Shown: positions 1 through 7,583 of the stretch, in pieces | How positions within the stretch are numbered: position 1 is the stretch's first letter | How the letters are laid out: every line of letters begins with the position of its first letter | Source of the DNA: Kribbellaceae bacterium | GTDB lineage: Bacteria > Actinomycetota > Actinomycetes > Propionibacteriales > Kribbellaceae | Length of the DNA: 24,000 bases | Direction of reading: 5' to 3' | NCBI GenBank assembly: GCA_035650275.1 | Contig: DASRHY010000205.1 | Span: 2,666-26,665, forward strand | Notes under the pieces: generated by a model | Told to the model about the DNA's origin: nothing | The model's input: the letters and a program-made list of their open reading frames with translations, nothing else | The model's database searches: none | Translations under genes and position numbers: made by a program

Positions 1-1
1 C

Positions 2-2200
2 CGGATGGAGGCCGACGGCCACACCGTCGAGGCCGACTTGCGCGAACGTGCCGAGGCACGGGCGACGTACGACGCGGCGCTGGCGGCCGGCCAACGGGCC
101 TCGATCGCCGAGGAGGAGCGGCCGGACGTGTTCACCCTCCGGGTCGGCAACATCGTGCCGGGCGAACGTGTGACCGTGCGGCTGACGCTGGTCGGTCCGC
201 TCCCGTACGAGGACGGCGAGGCGACGTACCGGCTCCCGCTGGTGGTCGCGCCCCGCTACATCCCGGGCGAGCCGCTGCCCGGCCGGAGTGTCGGCGTCGG
301 TGTCGAACCGGACACCGACGCGGTGCCAGACGCGTCCCGGATCACGCCGCCGATCCTGCTGCCCGGGTTCCCGAATCCGGTCCGGCTGGGCATCCGGGCC
401 GACGTGGATCCAGGCGGGCTGACTCTGCATGGCATCCGCTCCAGCCTGCACACGATCACCAGTTCGGTCGAGGGACGGGTGACCAGCGTGGCCATCGAGC
501 CCCACGAGCGGGTGGATCGCGACTTCGTGCTCCGCCTGGCGTACGGCGAGAAGGAAGCAACGGCGACCGCGTTGACGGTCGAGCCCGACGACGATCAGGG
601 GACCTTCGAGCTCACCGTGCTGCCGCCGCTGGATGCCGCGGTGCCGCGACCGCGCGACGTCGTACTGGTCCTCGACCGGTCCGGCAGCATGGGCGGCTGG
701 AAGATGGTCGCGGCTCGACGCGCGGCGGCGCGAATCGTCGACACGCTGACCGACGCCGACCGGTTCGCCGTACTGACCTTCGACAGCGTGATGGAGCATC
801 CAACGGACCTGCCGGCCGAACTGGTCGCCGGCACGGATCGCAACCGGTTCCGCGCGGTCGAGCACCTGGCCGGGGTGACCGCCAGGGGCGGCACCGAGAT
901 GCTCGCGCCGCTCCGCGAGGCCACCAGATGGCTGGCCGCCAAGCCGGTTGCCGAGTCGGTTGTCGAGTCGGTTGTCGAGCGCGAACGGGTGCTGGTGTTG
1001 GTGACCGACGGGCAGGTCGGCAACGAGGACCAGATCCTGTCGGAGCTCACCGCCGCGCTCGCCGGCGTACATGTCCACACCGTCGGCATCGACCGGGCCG
1101 TCAACGCCGGCTTCCTCGGCCGGCTGGCCGCGGTCGGTGGCGGCCGCTGCGAGCTGGTGGAGAGCGAGGACCGGCTCGACGAGGCCCTCGACCGGATTCA
1201 CCGCCGGATCGGCACTCCGGTGCTGACCAACCTGACACTGGCCGCCGATGGGGTCTCAGTGCTGGACGACACGATCACACCCGCACGGATGCCGGACGCC
1301 TTCGCCGGCGTCCCGCTGGTCGTCCGCGGCCGGTACCGCGGCTCGGCAGCCGGCGCCGGGGTGCGGCTGCAGGGCACGACCGCCGCCGCTGAGCCGTGGC
1401 AGGTCGAGGTGCCCGCGACGTCCGCCACCAGTGGAGTGCTGGCGCCGGTCTGGGCACGAGCGCACCTGCGCGACCTCGAGGACCGGTATGCGGCCAAGGC
1501 GGACAACCCTCGGGAGCTGGAGCGCGACATCGTCGCCGTGTCGCTGCGGCACAAGGTGATGTGCCGCTTCACCGCCCTGGTCGCGGTCGACTCGAGAGTC
1601 GTCGCGGAAGGCGGTCCGGCCCACCGCGTGATCCAGCCGGTCGAACTGCCCTCGGGCTGGGAGATCGACCAGTTCTCCGGTCTGGCGGCCGCTTCAATGG
1701 CTCCACCGATGCCCCACGCGATGGCGGTTGACGCCGCCATGCCGGCAGCTGCGATGCCTGCCGGGATGAATGTCAGTGCAGCCGCACGGTTCTCGGCAGG
1801 CGCCGTCCGCCCGGCGCGATCGAGCCGGGCGTTCGCCAAGGCCCCGTCGCCGCACGGCCGTGACCTACTGGCCGAGGCCCGGGCACAGCTCGCCGACGAG
1901 GTCCGCCTCCTTCGGGCAGCGGGCACGCCGACCCGGCCGGAACGACTCGCGATCCTGGCCGATCTGGCCACCCGTCTGGACGCCCTGATCCACCACCTCG
2001 CACCCTCGGTCGACGACACCGTGCTCACACCACTGCGCGAACTCGTCACCTCCCTGGCAGCCTGCGAGGGCCCGACCCCACCACCCGACCGGGACCTGAA
2101 CGCTCTCTGGCAACGCACCCTCGACGTCATGGACGCCTTCACCGGTACGTCGCCGGCCGACGCGCCAACCCGCCGCGCGTTCTGGAAACGACCAAGCTAA
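2..2200 (+). CDS. VIT domain + von Willebrand factor type A (vWA) domain protein, 5'-partial (continues upstream of the window)
   Basis: The reading frame is open to the window edge. The N-terminal residues ([39 protein letters not shown]) look like the interior of a VIT domain. The vWA MIDAS motif DRSGS is at nt 674-688, with downstream TARGGTEM and LVTDGQ elements. About 200 aa of non-vWA C-terminal extension follow. Stop is TAA at 2198-2200. Confidence 0.85.
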   Translation, partial: RMEADGHTVEADLRERAEARATYDAALAAGQRASIAEEERPDVFTLRVGNIVPGERVTVRLTLVGPLPYEDGEATYRLPLVVAPRYIPGEPLPGRSVGVGVEPDTDAVPDASRITPPILLPGFPNPVRLGIRADVDPGGLTLHGIRSSLHTITSSVEGRVTSVAIEPHERVDRDFVLRLAYGEKEATATALTVEPDDDQGTFELTVLPPLDAAVPRPRDVVLVLDRSGSMGGWKMVAARRAAARIVDTLTDADRFAVLTFDSVMEHPTDLPAELVAGTDRNRFRAVEHLAGVTARGGTEMLAPLREATRWLAAKPVAESVVESVVERERVLVLVTDGQVGNEDQILSELTAALAGVHVHTVGIDRAVNAGFLGRLAAVGGGRCELVESEDRLDEALDRIHRRIGTPVLTNLTLAADGVSVLDDTITPARMPDAFAGVPLVVRGRYRGSAAGAGVRLQGTTAAAEPWQVEVPATSATSGVLAPVWARAHLRDLEDRYAAKADNPRELERDIVAVSLRHKVMCRFTALVAVDSRVVAEGGPAHRVIQPVELPSGWEIDQFSGLAAASMAPPMPHAMAVDAAMPAAAMPAGMNVSAAARFSAGAVRPARSSRAFAKAPSPHGRDLLAEARAQLADEVRLLRAAGTPTRPERLAILADLATRLDALIHHLAPSVDDTVLTPLRELVTSLAACEGPTPPPDRDLNALWQRTLDVMDAFTGTSPADAPTRRAFWKRPS
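941..976 (+). repeat. In-frame 12-bp tandem repeat inside the vWA gene: two perfect copies of gagtcggttgtc plus one degenerate copy
   Basis: Read directly: aagccggttgcc (941-952), gagtcggttgtc (953-964), gagtcggttgtc (965-976). It encodes [12 protein letters not shown]. Confidence 0.9.
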
Positions 2201-2292
2201 GCGCCTCCTACCTGATGGTTCCCGCCGTAACTAGCCTGGTGTCCGTGATGCTCGCACGTTGGCGCATGGGCATTCACAGATCGGAGGGACCC

Positions 2293-3303
2293 ATGTCACT
2301 CGACGACTTCGACCGCTACCCGCTGCTGTTCGGTCCGTCACCCGTGCACCGGCTGGAGCGGCTGACCGCCCACCTCGGCGGGGCGGACGTCTGGGCCAAG
2401 CGCGAGGACTGCAACTCCGGCATCGCGTACGGCGGCAACAAGACCCGCAAGCTGGAGTACCTCGTCGCGGACGCGCTGGCGCGGGACTGCGACACGCTCG
2501 TGTCGATCGGAGGCGTGCAGTCGAACCACACTCGCCAGGTCGCGGCCGTCGCGGCCCGCGCCGGGCTGAAATGTGTGCTGATACAGGAAAGCTGGGTCGA
2601 CTGGCCGGACTCGGTGTACGACAAGGTCGGCAACATCCTGCTGTCCCGGCTGGCCGGTGCCGACGTGCGGCTGGTGAAGTCCGGGTTCGGCATCGGCTTC
2701 AAGGAGAGCTGGCAGCAGGCGATCACGGATATCGAAGCAGCCGGCGGCAAGCCGTACGCGATCCCGGCCGGCGCGTCGGACCACTGGCTGGGCGGGCTCG
2801 GCTTCGCCAACTGGGCGTTCGAGGTCGCCGAGCAGGAACGCCGGCTGGGGGTTTTCTTCGACACGATCGTCGTCTGCTCGGTCACCGGCAGCACACAGGC
2901 GGGCATGGTCGCCGGGTTCGCCACGCTCGGCGGGCGGCCGAGGCGGATCCTCGGGATCGACGCCTCGGCCAAGCCGAAGGAGACCCGGGACCAGGTGGTG
3001 CGGATTGCCCGGGGCACGGCGTCACTCATCGGACTGGACCGCGAGCTGACCGACGAGGAAATCGTGCTGGACGAGCGATACCACGCCGGCACCTACGGCA
3101 TTCCGGACGAGTCCACGATGGACGCGATGCGGCTGGCAGCCAGAACCGAGGGCATGATCACGGATCCGGTGTACGAGGGAAAGTCCATGGCAGGCCTCAT
3201 CGACCTCGTCACCCGCGACGAGATCGCCAAGGACTCAACGGTCCTCTACGCCCACCTCGGCGGCCAGCCGGCGCTGAACGCCTACAGTGCGTTGGTCGAG
3301 TAG
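2293..3303 (+). CDS. acdS: 1-aminocyclopropane-1-carboxylate (ACC) deaminase
   Basis: Collinear along its full length with Pseudomonas AcdS as I recall it ([86 protein letters not shown]). The ATG at 2293 is preceded by GGAGGG at 2284-2289. The 26-codon upstream extension of the track ORF has no homology. Confidence 0.9.
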   Translation: MSLDDFDRYPLLFGPSPVHRLERLTAHLGGADVWAKREDCNSGIAYGGNKTRKLEYLVADALARDCDTLVSIGGVQSNHTRQVAAVAARAGLKCVLIQESWVDWPDSVYDKVGNILLSRLAGADVRLVKSGFGIGFKESWQQAITDIEAAGGKPYAIPAGASDHWLGGLGFANWAFEVAEQERRLGVFFDTIVVCSVTGSTQAGMVAGFATLGGRPRRILGIDASAKPKETRDQVVRIARGTASLIGLDRELTDEEIVLDERYHAGTYGIPDESTMDAMRLAARTEGMITDPVYEGKSMAGLIDLVTRDEIAKDSTVLYAHLGGQPALNAYSALVE

Positions 3304-3391
3304 CCGAGTGCCCCCGGCAGAACGAGCAGCCTGGTCATTCCAGTCTCAAGACCTCTAGCGTTCGACCCGTCGGTGCGTCCAACTACCAGTG

Positions 3392-3420
3392 CCCCGGCCG
3401 AGCCCCACACTCGACCGGGG
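3392..3420 (+). terminator. Candidate hairpin downstream of acdS (10-bp stem with one mismatch, 9-nt C-rich loop)
   Basis: ccccggccga (3392-3401), loop gccccacac, tcgaccgggg (3411-3420), giving 9 of 10 pairs. It is followed by ctgtcaggctttcc, with no clean U-tract. It lies about 90 nt after the acdS stop. Confidence 0.3.
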
Positions 3421-3538
3421 CTGTCAGGCTTTCCGGAGGGGGATTCGGATCACCTGGCGCAGCCCCTGTGCCCGCCGATCCCCCCAATCAATCACGTTGC
3501 CCTGCACGTTCAGCTCCCACGGAGAACGGCGGCGACCG

Positions 3539-3567
3539 TTGACTAATAGATAGCGGGTATATATTCT
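3539..3567 (+). promoter_or_regulatory. Sigma-70-type promoter candidate for padR: -35 TTGACT, 17-bp spacer, -10 TATTCT
   Basis: TTGACT is at 3539-3544 and TATTCT (TAnnnT) at 3562-3567, inside a locally AT-rich island in otherwise GC-rich DNA. The predicted transcription start falls at or next to the ATG at 3576, implying a leaderless or near-leaderless mRNA. Confidence 0.45.
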
Positions 3568-3577
3568 TGCTATCTAT
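3546..3577. promoter_or_regulatory. Perfect 9-bp inverted repeat ATAGATAGC-N14-GCTATCTAT; probable PadR autoregulatory operator
   Basis: atagatagc (3546-3554) and gctatctat (3569-3577) are exact reverse complements. The left arm lies in the promoter spacer. The right arm covers the predicted transcription start and the first two bases of the ATG. Confidence 0.5.
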
Positions 3578-4094
3578 GCGACCTCTCTTCCTCGCTCTGC
3601 TGGCCGACGACAGCCGGTACGGCTACGAGCTGAAGCAGTCGTTGGAGCAGGAGTTCGACGAGATGCTGCCCGCGCTGAACGCCGGGCAGATCTACTCGAC
3701 GCTCGCGCGGCTCGAGCGTGACGGCCTCGTGGTCGGACGCAGCGTCGAGGGCGACAACCGGCGGAAGCGCATGTATGAGCTGACCGAGGCGGGACAGGCC
3801 GAGTTGACGAGCTGGCTCGAAACGCCGGTGCCGGGAGCGCGGCTCAAGGACGAGTTCTTCATGAAGTTCGTGGTCGTCGTGTCGGCCGGACTGGCCGCAC
3901 CGATGAGGCTGATCGAGCGACAGCGGCGCGAGTACCTGCAGTCGTTGCGGGATCTCGACGCAGTGCTGGCGGACGGGGCCAAGGGGCCGACCGCGGAGCT
4001 GATGGTGGAGGGCGCGGTCCTGCATCTGAAGGCGGACCTGGAATGGCTGGATCTTCTCGAGCAACGACTGGCTGTGCGGAAGGAGTCCACGTGA
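3576..4094 (+). CDS. PadR family transcriptional regulator
   Basis: Winged-helix PadR signature (YGYEL...L....GQIYSTLARLERDGLV......RRKRMYELTEAG) plus a C-terminal helical domain. Start is ATG 3576 (alternative TTG 3567). The stop TGA at 4092-4094 overlaps the GTG of the next gene. Confidence 0.85.
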   Translation: MRPLFLALLADDSRYGYELKQSLEQEFDEMLPALNAGQIYSTLARLERDGLVVGRSVEGDNRRKRMYELTEAGQAELTSWLETPVPGARLKDEFFMKFVVVVSAGLAAPMRLIERQRREYLQSLRDLDAVLADGAKGPTAELMVEGAVLHLKADLEWLDLLEQRLAVRKEST

Positions 4095-4831
4095 CACACG
4101 TGAGACACGTGCTCGAGGCGCGAGGCCTGGCGAAGACGTACGACACCGGTGGCCCGAAGGTGTTCGCCCTGCGTGGCGTCGACCTGTCGATCGGGCCGGG
4201 TGAGTTCGTCGCGATCACCGGGCCGAGCGGTTGCGGCAAGTCGACGCTGCTGAATCTCCTGGCCGGTCTGGATCGGCCGACTTCGGGACAGGTCTGGCTC
4301 GACGGCGAGCGCATCGACGAGCTCAGCGAGACAGAGCTGGCCCGACTGCGGCGTCGCAAGGTCGGGTTCGTGTTCCAGTTCTTCAACCTGCTGCCGACGC
4401 TGTCCGCGGCCGAGAACGTCGAGCTGCCGCTGCTCCTGGTCGGGCGGGGACGGAAGGAGGCCCGACGCTCTGCGAGCGCCTTGATGGGCGACCTCGGGAT
4501 CGGCGACAAGCAGGACACCGCCCCGACCCAGCTGTCGGGTGGAGAGCAACAGCGCGTCGCGCTGGCCCGTGCGCTGGCGAACAGTCCCGACATCGTGATG
4601 GGCGACGAGCCGACCGGGAATCTCGACTCCGCGGCCGCTCGCGAGGTGCTGGCCCTGCTGCGCGCAGCCCGGGATCGTGGACAGACACTGCTGCTGGTGA
4701 CGCATGACGCGCGCGTCGCCGCGGCAGCGGACCGGGTGATCAATCTCCGCGACGGACTGGTGACCGATGAGACCGAGCTGCAGGCCGCACGTCCGGTCGC
4801 CCTTCCCTTCGAGCACGACGAGTTCGGATGA
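4091..4831 (+). CDS. ABC transporter ATP-binding protein (MacB/LolD-FtsE-like)
   Basis: Walker A GPSGCGKST, Q-loop, signature LSGGEQQR, Walker B IVMGDEPTGNLD and H-loop LLLVTHD. GTG 4091 forms a GTGA overlap with the padR stop and is preceded by GGAAGGAG (4078-4085). An upstream ATG at 4043 is a possible alternative start. Confidence 0.9.
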   Translation: MTHVRHVLEARGLAKTYDTGGPKVFALRGVDLSIGPGEFVAITGPSGCGKSTLLNLLAGLDRPTSGQVWLDGERIDELSETELARLRRRKVGFVFQFFNLLPTLSAAENVELPLLLVGRGRKEARRSASALMGDLGIGDKQDTAPTQLSGGEQQRVALARALANSPDIVMGDEPTGNLDSAAAREVLALLRAARDRGQTLLLVTHDARVAAAADRVINLRDGLVTDETELQAARPVALPFEHDEFG

Positions 4832-6576
4832 CCGCCACTCTGCTCAAGCTCGCGTTCGCCGGCATCCGCTCGCGACTGCTCGCGAGCGTGCTGACCGTCC
4901 TGCTCTCGAGCGCCGCGGCGGCTACCATCGTGCTCGCCCTGGAGGTCGGGGCGACCGCACGCGATCCCTGGCAGCGAACCTTCACGGCGGCCAACGGCGC
5001 GCACGCGCTGGCGAATGTATCCACCGAAGCCGACGCTCAGGCCATCGCGGCACTCCCGGGCGTCGCGGAGGACGGTGAACCCATCCCGCTGGCGAACGTG
5101 GGCCTGGACGGCGAGACCGACCGGCTGCAGATCGCCGGGCTCCGGTCTCCCGCCCGCGTCAACGCACCGGTCCGGATCGAGGGTGCACAACCGCCCGCGA
5201 ACGGGATCGTGCTCGAGCAGAGCTTCGCTCGCGCTCTCGGGCTCCAGGTCGGTGAGGCCCTGCGACTCGCCACGGCGCGCGGTCCGATCGAGCTGACCGT
5301 TACCGGCACAGCGGTCATCCCCAGTCAGCCGCGTTACCCGCGCCGGAACCCCGGCCTCGCCTGGACGACGCGGTCGACCCTGGAGCGGGTCGAGCCGGAT
5401 CCTGGTCGTTGGCGCTGGACGCAGGCCGTCCGGCTCGCCGACCCCAGCGCCGCCCCCGCCTTCGCCGATCGGGTCGCGTCGTCGATGCCGCCCGACAGCG
5501 CGGCCGTCGAGACCTGGCAGGATCAGCGCGCGGCCGCACTGGGCGATGCGGCCCCGACTCGGATCATCCTGACGACCTACACGATCGTGCTGCTCGTCGT
5601 GGTCTTCGCCGTCGTCGCGATCCTCGTCGGTGCCCGCGCCAGCGCGCAGTATCGCGAGATCGGACTCCTGAAAGCCGTCGGTCTCACCCCGCGGCAGGTG
5701 ACGGCCGTGTTCGCGCTCGAGGCCGCCGGGCTCGGTGTGATCGCGGTGGTCATCGGCTTCACGCTCGGGGCCTTGCTCGCACCCCGGCTGGCCGCAGCCA
5801 GCGCCGACACGATGCTCGGCTCGCCGACGATGGCAGTGAGCCCCTGGCATCTCCTCGCCGCCAGTTGCCCGGTGCTGCTCGTGCTTGTCAGCAGCGCCCG
5901 CTCGGCGACCCGACGCAGTACCCGCTTCAGCGTTCTGCAAGCCATCCAATCCGGAACGCCGATGCCCGCCCCGCGGTCTCGTCTCGCCCACGTCCTGGCG
6001 CGTACCTCCCTGCCCGTGCCGCTGACGTTGGGCATCAACGACCTCCTTGCCAGGCGGCACCGGGCCAGCCGGCTTGGTGGCGCGATCGCCGTCACCGCCG
6101 CAGCGGTCGTGTTCGCGCTCTGCATGCAGGCGTCACTCGATGCCCGGCCGGCCGGCGAAGCCAGCGACGTACCCGACGAGTTGCCGTTGCTCGTCTACAC
6201 CCTCGACGCCGTGCTCCTCCTGATCGCCGCGACGACCATCGTCGCCGTCGCCCTTCTGGCCGTACGCGAGCGCGTCCGCGACTACGCCGTCCTCAAGACC
6301 ATCGGCCTAACCCCCGGGCAGATCGCCTCGAGCCTCCTCGGCGCCCACGCAGCCATGGCACTGATCGCCGCGATCCTCTCGGTGCCGTTGGGGATAGGCC
6401 TGTACGTCGCCGTCTACGGCATCGCAGGCGGAAGCAGCGAGGACCGCGTCATCGCCCCCTGGTGGTGGCTTGCACTCGTCCCGCTCGGAGCCGTCATCCT
6501 CGTCACCCTCGCCACCAGCCTCCCCGCCCGCCTCGCCACCCGCATCCCCACCGCCGATGCCCTGCGCTACCAGTAG
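4828..6576 (+). CDS. ABC transporter permease with two FtsX-like domains and a large extracytoplasmic domain after TM1
   Basis: ATGA overlap with the ATPase stop at 4828-4831. There is an N-terminal TM helix, about 200 aa of soluble region, then two FtsX-type modules (REIGLLKAVGLTPRQV... and DYAVLKTIGLTPGQI...) with flanking hydrophobic helices. Confidence 0.85.
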   Translation: MTATLLKLAFAGIRSRLLASVLTVLLSSAAAATIVLALEVGATARDPWQRTFTAANGAHALANVSTEADAQAIAALPGVAEDGEPIPLANVGLDGETDRLQIAGLRSPARVNAPVRIEGAQPPANGIVLEQSFARALGLQVGEALRLATARGPIELTVTGTAVIPSQPRYPRRNPGLAWTTRSTLERVEPDPGRWRWTQAVRLADPSAAPAFADRVASSMPPDSAAVETWQDQRAAALGDAAPTRIILTTYTIVLLVVVFAVVAILVGARASAQYREIGLLKAVGLTPRQVTAVFALEAAGLGVIAVVIGFTLGALLAPRLAAASADTMLGSPTMAVSPWHLLAASCPVLLVLVSSARSATRRSTRFSVLQAIQSGTPMPAPRSRLAHVLARTSLPVPLTLGINDLLARRHRASRLGGAIAVTAAAVVFALCMQASLDARPAGEASDVPDELPLLVYTLDAVLLLIAATTIVAVALLAVRERVRDYAVLKTIGLTPGQIASSLLGAHAAMALIAAILSVPLGIGLYVAVYGIAGGSSEDRVIAPWWWLALVPLGAVILVTLATSLPARLATRIPTADALRYQ

Positions 6577-6943
6577 ATCAGCACCACCACGAGAGTGATG
6601 CAATCGTTGCCGTCGGCACCATTCCGGCGGCCGAACCCGCGGTCGATCCGCCACGCCAGTGTCTCCGTCGCCGGCGGCACACTGCCCGAGCAGCAGACCC
6701 ACCAGCAGTCCGAGGACGACCCAGTAGCAGGCGCGGCGCACCCCGCGATCGACCATCTGAGCCACGACCACGCCCCCTCCGGTGCAGAGTTGCCAGCCGT
6801 CACCGCCGGTTGACGCTACGCCGTCACCGGGTCACCGGTGCGCCGCACGCGACCGCGAAGTCATAGGTGGCCGATGTCGAACCCGGGGTGGACTGCTTGG
6901 TCGGTGGGTTGAACGTCCACCCGGACGGAAGCGCAGTACCGCA

Positions 6944-7204
6944 CGCCGCATCAGCTTCGTCGACGACCAGACCCAGTGGGTCGACACCGAGATCCGGTTC
7001 GAGCTGGCCGACAGCGGCGGCGCGACCGAGGTCCGCTTCACCCACCAGGGCCTGGTGCCCGACTACGAGTGCTACGACGCCTGCTCGAACGCCTGGGGCC
7101 AGTACGTCGGCAGCAGCCTGCGCAACCTCATCACCACCGGTACGGGCCGGCCGATCTCGAGCCCCGACGATGAGCGCCACAGGGAGAAAGCACGCGTCGG
7201 CTAG
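6944..7204 (+). pseudogene. 5'-truncated SRPBCC / AHSA1-like family gene remnant (C-terminal half only)
   Basis: ISFVDDQTQWVDTEIRFELADSGGATEVRFTHQGLVPDYECYDACSNAWGQYVGSSLRNLITTGTG matches the C-terminal half of a small SRPBCC family as I recall it. Third-position G/C is high from about 6950 onward. Upstream in the same frame it collapses and the translation (EVIGGRCRTRGGLLGRWVERPPGRKRS) is nonsense-like. Confidence 0.5.
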
Positions 7205-7253
7205 CAGGGCCAGGCCTGCAGCAGGAAGAGAAGTCAGACCAGCCTGCGGTCTC

Positions 7254-7272
7254 GGGTCAACCGAGGGTCAAC
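7254..7272. repeat. Direct repeat GGGTCAAC-cga-GGGTCAAC (11-bp phase), function unknown
   Basis: gggtcaac occurs at 7254-7261 and again at 7265-7272, read directly. The site is intergenic. Confidence 0.6.
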
Positions 7273-7282
7273 AGCGAGTCCG

Positions 7283-7305
7283 CCGCCACGGCTCATCCGT
7301 GGCGG
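7283..7305. terminator. Perfect 9-bp stem, 5-nt loop hairpin (possible U-tract-less terminator)
   Basis: ccgccacgg (7283-7291), loop ctcat, ccgtggcgg (7297-7305). No T-run follows. It lies about 80 nt after the SRPBCC remnant stop. Confidence 0.3.
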
Positions 7306-7379
7306 GCGATGCCGCGACTGCTGGCGGGCGGTGAGACTGGCACCCGGTTGTACCGGTTCGGGAGGGTCGTCATGGCGAG

Positions 7380-7553
7380 GTGGCAGGGCAAGCGACCCGC
7401 AGCGAGATCCTGGCCGAGCAGAAGCGCATCGGCCTGCTCCCGGACGACGTGCGGCTGTCGCCGATCATCCCGCACGGCGATCCCGACGGCGCCACGGGGC
7501 CGTCGGGCCAGCCGCGGCCACGGCTGCTCCAGGCCTGGCTCACGCGCGACTGA
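7380..7553 (+). CDS. Small ORF (57 aa if GTG 7380) or C-terminal gene remnant, below the ORF-track cutoff
   Basis: Translation is ..ATRSEILAEQKRIGLLPDDVRLSPIIPHGDPDGATGPSGQPRPRLLQAWLTRD*. By my hand count, 47 of the 49 codons from 7404 to 7550 end in G or C. The frame is closed upstream by TGA at 7332-7334. The stop TGA is at 7551-7553, just before cydD. The start is uncertain, and GGAGG at 7361-7365 sits rather far from GTG 7380. Confidence 0.35.
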   Translation: MAGQATRSEILAEQKRIGLLPDDVRLSPIIPHGDPDGATGPSGQPRPRLLQAWLTRD

Positions 7554-7583
7554 GCCGTGGCCGCCAGCACGGTAGGAGCGACG

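Noticed and set aside
2215-2292. N-terminal extensions of track ORFs. These are 2215 for acdS, 10905 for cydA, 13088 for GMC, 16565 for GH15, 19910 for the antiporter, 19940 for hicB and 23193 for cspA.
   Set aside because: In each case homology begins at an internal start codon that has a Shine-Dalgarno-like purine run 5-9 nt upstream. The extension is non-homologous or overlaps the preceding gene.
3392-3486. Two hairpins with C-rich elements in the acdS-padR intergenic region (3392-3420, and 3438-3448 pairing with 3475-3484). They are reminiscent of the actinobacterial 6C small RNA.
   Set aside because: The C-runs are short, or lie in the stems rather than in both loops. The spacing and size do not fit my recollection of 6C, and there is no adjacent promoter or terminator pair. 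A covariance-model search (Rfam 6C) would be needed, and I would not call it from sequence alone.
3859-6060. A very long (733 aa) minus-strand ORF, plus many other long antisense or alternative-frame ORFs. Examples: 1198-2142 (-), 2259-3542 (+), 5409-6866 (+), 7722-9200 (-), 9170-10177 (-), 12123-13463 (-), 15318-16619 (-), 16577-18019 (-), 20319-21437 (-).
   Set aside because: Their translations are Arg/Pro/Gly/Ala-rich and low in complexity, with no recognisable motifs. They overlap genes that have clear family signatures. Such shadow ORFs are expected in very GC-rich DNA because stop codons are rare.
6567-6813. Three mutually overlapping ORFs just after the permease gene: 6595-6813 (+), 6567-6803 (-) and 6307-6771 (-).
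   Set aside because: All three frames show high third-position G/C over parts of the region and none has recognisable homology. I cannot decide which, if any, is real. I reported the region as a possible frameshifted or remnant patch rather than as a CDS.
6866-6886. A GGTTCGA-like T-loop motif on the minus strand (ccgggttcgacatcgg), suggesting a tRNA.
   Set aside because: The flanking bases do not form a 5-bp T-stem, and no acceptor or anticodon arms can be drawn.
7205-7583. Searched for a Rex/ROP-type operator (TTGTGA-N6-TCACAA) or a CRP-like box upstream of cydD, and also in the cydC-cydA gap at 10955-11039.
   Set aside because: I found no TTGTGA/TCACAA half-sites in either region by eye.
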